A DNA stretch of 64,000 bases from Candidatus Nomurabacteria bacterium (GTDB taxonomy: Bacteria; Patescibacteriota; Minisyncoccia; Phycocordibacterales; UBA9973). The notes below the pieces were generated by a model that made no database searches, was not told where the DNA came from, and saw nothing but the letters and a program-made list of their open reading frames with translations. Numbering within the stretch: position 1 is the first letter of the stretch; each line of letters starts with the position of its first letter. Of the stretch, positions 60,757 through 64,000 are shown one piece after another. The position numbers and the translations under genes were made by a program. The DNA lies in the NCBI GenBank assembly GCA_021413905.1, contig JAIOPO010000001.1, positions 201,159 through 265,158 on the forward strand. The letters run 5' to 3'.

Positions 60757-60933
60757 TTATATATTCTTTAAAATCTTTTTAATCTCCTCTTCCTTCCCTA
60801 AAATCCTCTCGACCTTATTTTTTATCTTCGGTTTCTTTAAATCAACCTGAAAAATCTGTCCGGATTTTTCAGGTTTTGTTTTTCTGTATTCAAGAAAAGA
60901 TATTTTATAGAACGGATTTATAATTTTTGCCAT
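60757..60933 (-). CDS. 58-aa ORF ending in a copy of the HsdM C-terminus (may be non-coding)
   Basis: Hand translation MAKIINPFY...KNKVERILGKEEEIKKILKNI; fills the rhuM-TIR gap. Confidence 0.4.
   Translation of the reverse strand: MAKIINPFYKISFLEYRKTKPEKSGQIFQVDLKKPKIKNKVERILGKEEEIKKILKNI
60779..60814. repeat. 36-bp direct repeat, copy B of the hsdM 3' region
   Basis: ttaatctcctcttccttccctaaaatcctctcgacc; 35/36 identical to 62018-62053. Confidence 0.92.
60844..60875. repeat. Perfect 13-bp inverted repeat
   Basis: aacctgaaaaatc-tgtccg-gatttttcaggtt. Confidence 0.85.
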
Positions 60934-60944
60934 AAATAATTTAA

Positions 60945-61967
60945 TTATTCCTCTTTATTTTTATCTAAAATCTTTTTGACTTCTTTTTCAAAATCAGACT
61001 CTATTTTTTGATATTTATTAAATTCTTTATATTCATCTAGGGCTTTTTCTTTTGCTTGTTCTGCAGAAATACGTCCTTTGCCGTCTAGAATCTTGTACTC
61101 ATTGAAAGTTAAAAACTTATTTACACTCTCTGCAAATTCAGCCATAGTAAATGTTTCCTTTCGTTCAATAATACCTTCAATGTAATCAAAAAAACTGCTC
61201 ACGCTACGCTCGAGACTTTTGATTTGATCTTCTTGTAAATAATTTTTTGCAATTGTGACATCGGATTGCAATATCCTGCCGGGAGAATTTTTCCAAGTTG
61301 TAAGGTTCATATTTGGCTGAGTTGCATCAGCTTTTGTATAAATAATTTCTGCCGCAGTTTGCCCTGTAATAGCATAATGGAATTTATTTTGCACCATTGC
61401 ATAAAAATCTTTTGCTTGTTGTGTGTCCTTTTCATAATCAATGCTACATTCAGCAAAAATATCTGTTATCTGAAGCCAAATGCGTCGCTCGCTGGCACGA
61501 ATAGAACGTACACGCTCCAAAAGTTCACGAAAATAATCGACACCAAAGAATTTTTTACCGTTCTTTAAACGTTCATCGTCTAAAGCAAAACCTTTAATAA
61601 TAAAATCACGCAATATTTGAGTTGCCCAAATACGAAAATCTGTTGCTCTTTTTGAGTTAACACGATACCCAACAGCAATAACTACGTCAAGATTATAATG
61701 CATCGTATCATACTCTTTACCATCAGTAGCAGTTATTCGGAAATTCCTAATAACTGAATCTTCTTTTAATTCAAGGGTTTCAAAGATATTTTTTAAATGT
61801 TCATTTATAGTTGGTATTGACACATCAAAAAGCTCTGCCATTATTTTTTGAGTAAGCCATACCATTTCATCTTCAACGCGGACTTCTACTTGCGGTTTCC
61901 CGGATTCTGCGGTGAAAATCAAAAATTGAGTAGTTGCATTTTTTTGTTTTAACTTGTTATCTTTCAT
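60945..61967 (-). CDS. RhuM-family protein
   Basis: VWLTQK.MAELF, YNLD.VIAVGYRVNS.RAT.FR.WA, VRSIRASERR, IAKNYL. Confidence 0.92.
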   Translation of the reverse strand: MKDNKLKQKNATTQFLIFTAESGKPQVEVRVEDEMVWLTQKIMAELFDVSIPTINEHLKNIFETLELKEDSVIRNFRITATDGKEYDTMHYNLDVVIAVGYRVNSKRATDFRIWATQILRDFIIKGFALDDERLKNGKKFFGVDYFRELLERVRSIRASERRIWLQITDIFAECSIDYEKDTQQAKDFYAMVQNKFHYAITGQTAAEIIYTKADATQPNMNLTTWKNSPGRILQSDVTIAKNYLQEDQIKSLERSVSSFFDYIEGIIERKETFTMAEFAESVNKFLTFNEYKILDGKGRISAEQAKEKALDEYKEFNKYQKIESDFEKEVKKILDKNKEE

Positions 61968-61971
61968 ATAA

Positions 61972-63414
61972 TCATTTTAGCATTAAAATCTTATATTTTA
62001 AATTACTAATAATTCTCTTAATCTCCTCTTCCTTTCCTAAAATCCTCTCGACCAATTCTTTCGACCCGAATTCTTCTTCTACCTCAGCACCCTTTGGATT
62101 CTTGAAATCCAAATTAAAATTCTTTGCACGAATATCCGCGATTGAAACCTTCCATGCATTATCACTCGCTTTTTTATTTTTAAACCATTTTATTACTGGT
62201 TCAAACTCCGCATCGGTGATACCTCTATTCTTCGTATATTGTTTCAACCCCGCAGGCAATGGCATCTGATAATACCAAACTTCTTTTGTTGGTTGGCCTT
62301 TTGTAAAAAATACAAGATTCGTATTTACCCCAGCATACGGCTGAAAAACACCTGCTGGCAAGCGGACAATGGTATGTACATTACATTCCTCAAGAAGCTT
62401 TTCTTTAATACGAGATTTTACACCTTCGCCAAAAAGAGAACCATCAGGTAAAACTATTCCACATTTTCCACCAGGCTTCAAAAGACTCATAAATAATACA
62501 AGGAAAAGATCTGCAGTTTCTTTTGTGCGAAAATCCGCAGGAAAATTTGCCTCTGTGCCGTCTTTGACACTTCCACCGAAAGGAGGATTGGCAATAATAA
62601 TATCTACACGATCTTTTGGACCATAATCACGAAGTGGAGTAGAAAGCATATCACCACGACGAATTTGCTGAGGAATTTCTACGCCGTGCAAAATCATATT
62701 GGTAATAGCAAGCAAATGCGGAAGCGGTTTTAATTCTACTCCACGAATTTGTTGTTGAACTTTAGTTTCATCTTTTTTTGTTTTTACTTCTCCACTACTT
62801 CTGACATACTCAAGTGCACTAATAAGGAATCCTCCAGTACCACATGCAGGGTCAAGAATACTTTCACCTAATTTTGGATCAAGAGTACTGACAATAAAAT
62901 TCGTAAGTGGTCTCGGTGTATAGTACTCACCAGCATTACCTGCATTTTGAAGTCCTTTCAATAAATGTTCATAAATTTCGTTGAAATGATGACGATCGTC
63001 TTTACTATTGAAATCTATTTCATTTATTTTATTTACCACTTGACGAATGAGAGTACCAGACTTCATGTAGTTGTAAGTATCTTCAAAAACTTCTTTAACA
63101 ATAAGACCTCTAGGATCATCATTTTCATTGAATTTCAAACTCTTGAGTTGTTTAAATAGCTTATTGTTTATAAAATCAAGCATTTCGTCACCAGTAATCC
63201 CCTCGGCATTACTAGCCCAATTACGCCAGCGAAGAACTTCAGGAATCGGAGAATGATACTTGAGATCAAGAAGTTCATACTCTTTTTCTTTATCATCAAA
63301 AATCTTCAAAAATAAAAGCCACACGAGCTGTGAAAGTCGCTGTGCGTCGCCGTCTACCCCAGCGTCTTTACGCATGATATCTTGAATATTTTTTATGATT
63401 GATTGAATGGCCAT
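61972..63414 (-). CDS. hsdM: Type I RM N6-adenine methyltransferase subunit
   Basis: GEYYTPR, LDPACGTGGFL, ANPPF. Confidence 0.96.
   Translation of the reverse strand: MAIQSIIKNIQDIMRKDAGVDGDAQRLSQLVWLLFLKIFDDKEKEYELLDLKYHSPIPEVLRWRNWASNAEGITGDEMLDFINNKLFKQLKSLKFNENDDPRGLIVKEVFEDTYNYMKSGTLIRQVVNKINEIDFNSKDDRHHFNEIYEHLLKGLQNAGNAGEYYTPRPLTNFIVSTLDPKLGESILDPACGTGGFLISALEYVRSSGEVKTKKDETKVQQQIRGVELKPLPHLLAITNMILHGVEIPQQIRRGDMLSTPLRDYGPKDRVDIIIANPPFGGSVKDGTEANFPADFRTKETADLFLVLFMSLLKPGGKCGIVLPDGSLFGEGVKSRIKEKLLEECNVHTIVRLPAGVFQPYAGVNTNLVFFTKGQPTKEVWYYQMPLPAGLKQYTKNRGITDAEFEPVIKWFKNKKASDNAWKVSIADIRAKNFNLDFKNPKGAEVEEEFGSKELVERILGKEEEIKRIISNLKYKILMLK
62018..62053. repeat. 36-bp direct repeat, copy A (inside the hsdM 3' end)
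   Basis: ttaatctcctcttcctttcctaaaatcctctcgacc. Confidence 0.92.
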
Positions 63415-63418
63415 AAAT

Positions 63419-64000
63419 TTATACGTACAAAGCTAACTGTATTTGATTAATAATTTCTAAATAATTTTCTCGTCCACCAAAAATGTCATTCACAATTTGT
63501 ATTGGGGTTCCAAAATTTGTAAATGGAGAAACTTGCAAGTCACCAATGTCGTCAATAGCTGTGATACCAGTATCTGCATATTTTTCTAAAAGCGCATCAA
63601 TAACTTCACGTGCCTTGCCTTCATATTTTGCAAAATAATTATTTTTCTTTACATTATTTGCACGTTCTGTTCGAGTTAACGGTTTCTTTCCGTAAGCAAC
63701 ATGACAAATTAAATCAAAAGGATCTAATTCTTTCCCTATTTCTTTTGCTAACTCTTCAAAAAATACACCTCTACTTTTTAACTCTTCAATAATAGCTTCC
63801 TTTTTATCACTCTGTTTCCATGCTTGTAGAAATGAATCGAGTGACGCATACTCACTCAAAATATTTTTCTTAGAATAGTCTTTTAAGGATTCCGTAATGA
63901 GCTTACCGTCTTCACCGATATATTGAACTCGCTCGTTAATAACTTTTATATCCACACCATTTATATATAGTTTTGTTCTAGGTTCGCCAATAGTAATAGG
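63419..64000 (-). CDS. hsdR: Type I RM restriction subunit, C-terminal part (EcoEI/EcoAI-like); 5' end outside the window
   Basis: Frame open to 64000 (PITIGEPRTKLYINGVDIKV...); LITESL.DY, DPFDLICHVAY...PLTR.ERA, LLEKYAD.G; R-M-S gene order. Confidence 0.92.
   Translation of the reverse strand, partial: PITIGEPRTKLYINGVDIKVINERVQYIGEDGKLITESLKDYSKKNILSEYASLDSFLQAWKQSDKKEAIIEELKSRGVFFEELAKEIGKELDPFDLICHVAYGKKPLTRTERANNVKKNNYFAKYEGKAREVIDALLEKYADTGITAIDDIGDLQVSPFTNFGTPIQIVNDIFGGRENYLEIINQIQLALYV

Overview
AT-rich bacterial chromosome segment using the standard genetic code (TGA acts as stop). Gene content and style point to a Patescibacteria/CPR genome, probably Parcubacteria: degenerate PriA and HolB, short ATP-synthase delta, genes packed with few Shine-Dalgarno sites. 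This taxonomic call is inference. Most genes lie on the minus strand. 1-39 kb is mainly housekeeping: rseP, frr, mreB, priA, rsmI, a complete F1Fo operon, prfA, rpmE, rplY, fba, gatB, obgE, murJ, leuS, tsaC, ychF, tRNA-Ile(GAT), and tRNA-Glu(CTC) with a relic serine recombinase. 39.2-55.7 kb is one 5509-aa multidomain surface protein. 57-64 kb is a type I restriction-modification locus with extra genes between hsdM and hsdS (RhuM, a TIR protein, a HEPN-motif DUF3644-like protein). Main observations: (1) GC-rich palindromic elements occur both between genes and as in-frame insertions in conserved proteins (GatB, an FAD oxidoreductase, possibly AtpG). (2) A 36-bp duplication of the hsdM 3' end brackets a 1239-bp RhuM cassette. 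(3) TIR and HEPN effectors are embedded in the RM operon. (4) An intact NUDIX domain is inserted in LeuRS. (5) Extended -10 boxes repeatedly sit 6-9 nt before start codons, implying leaderless mRNAs. All family assignments come from motif recognition; no database searches were run.
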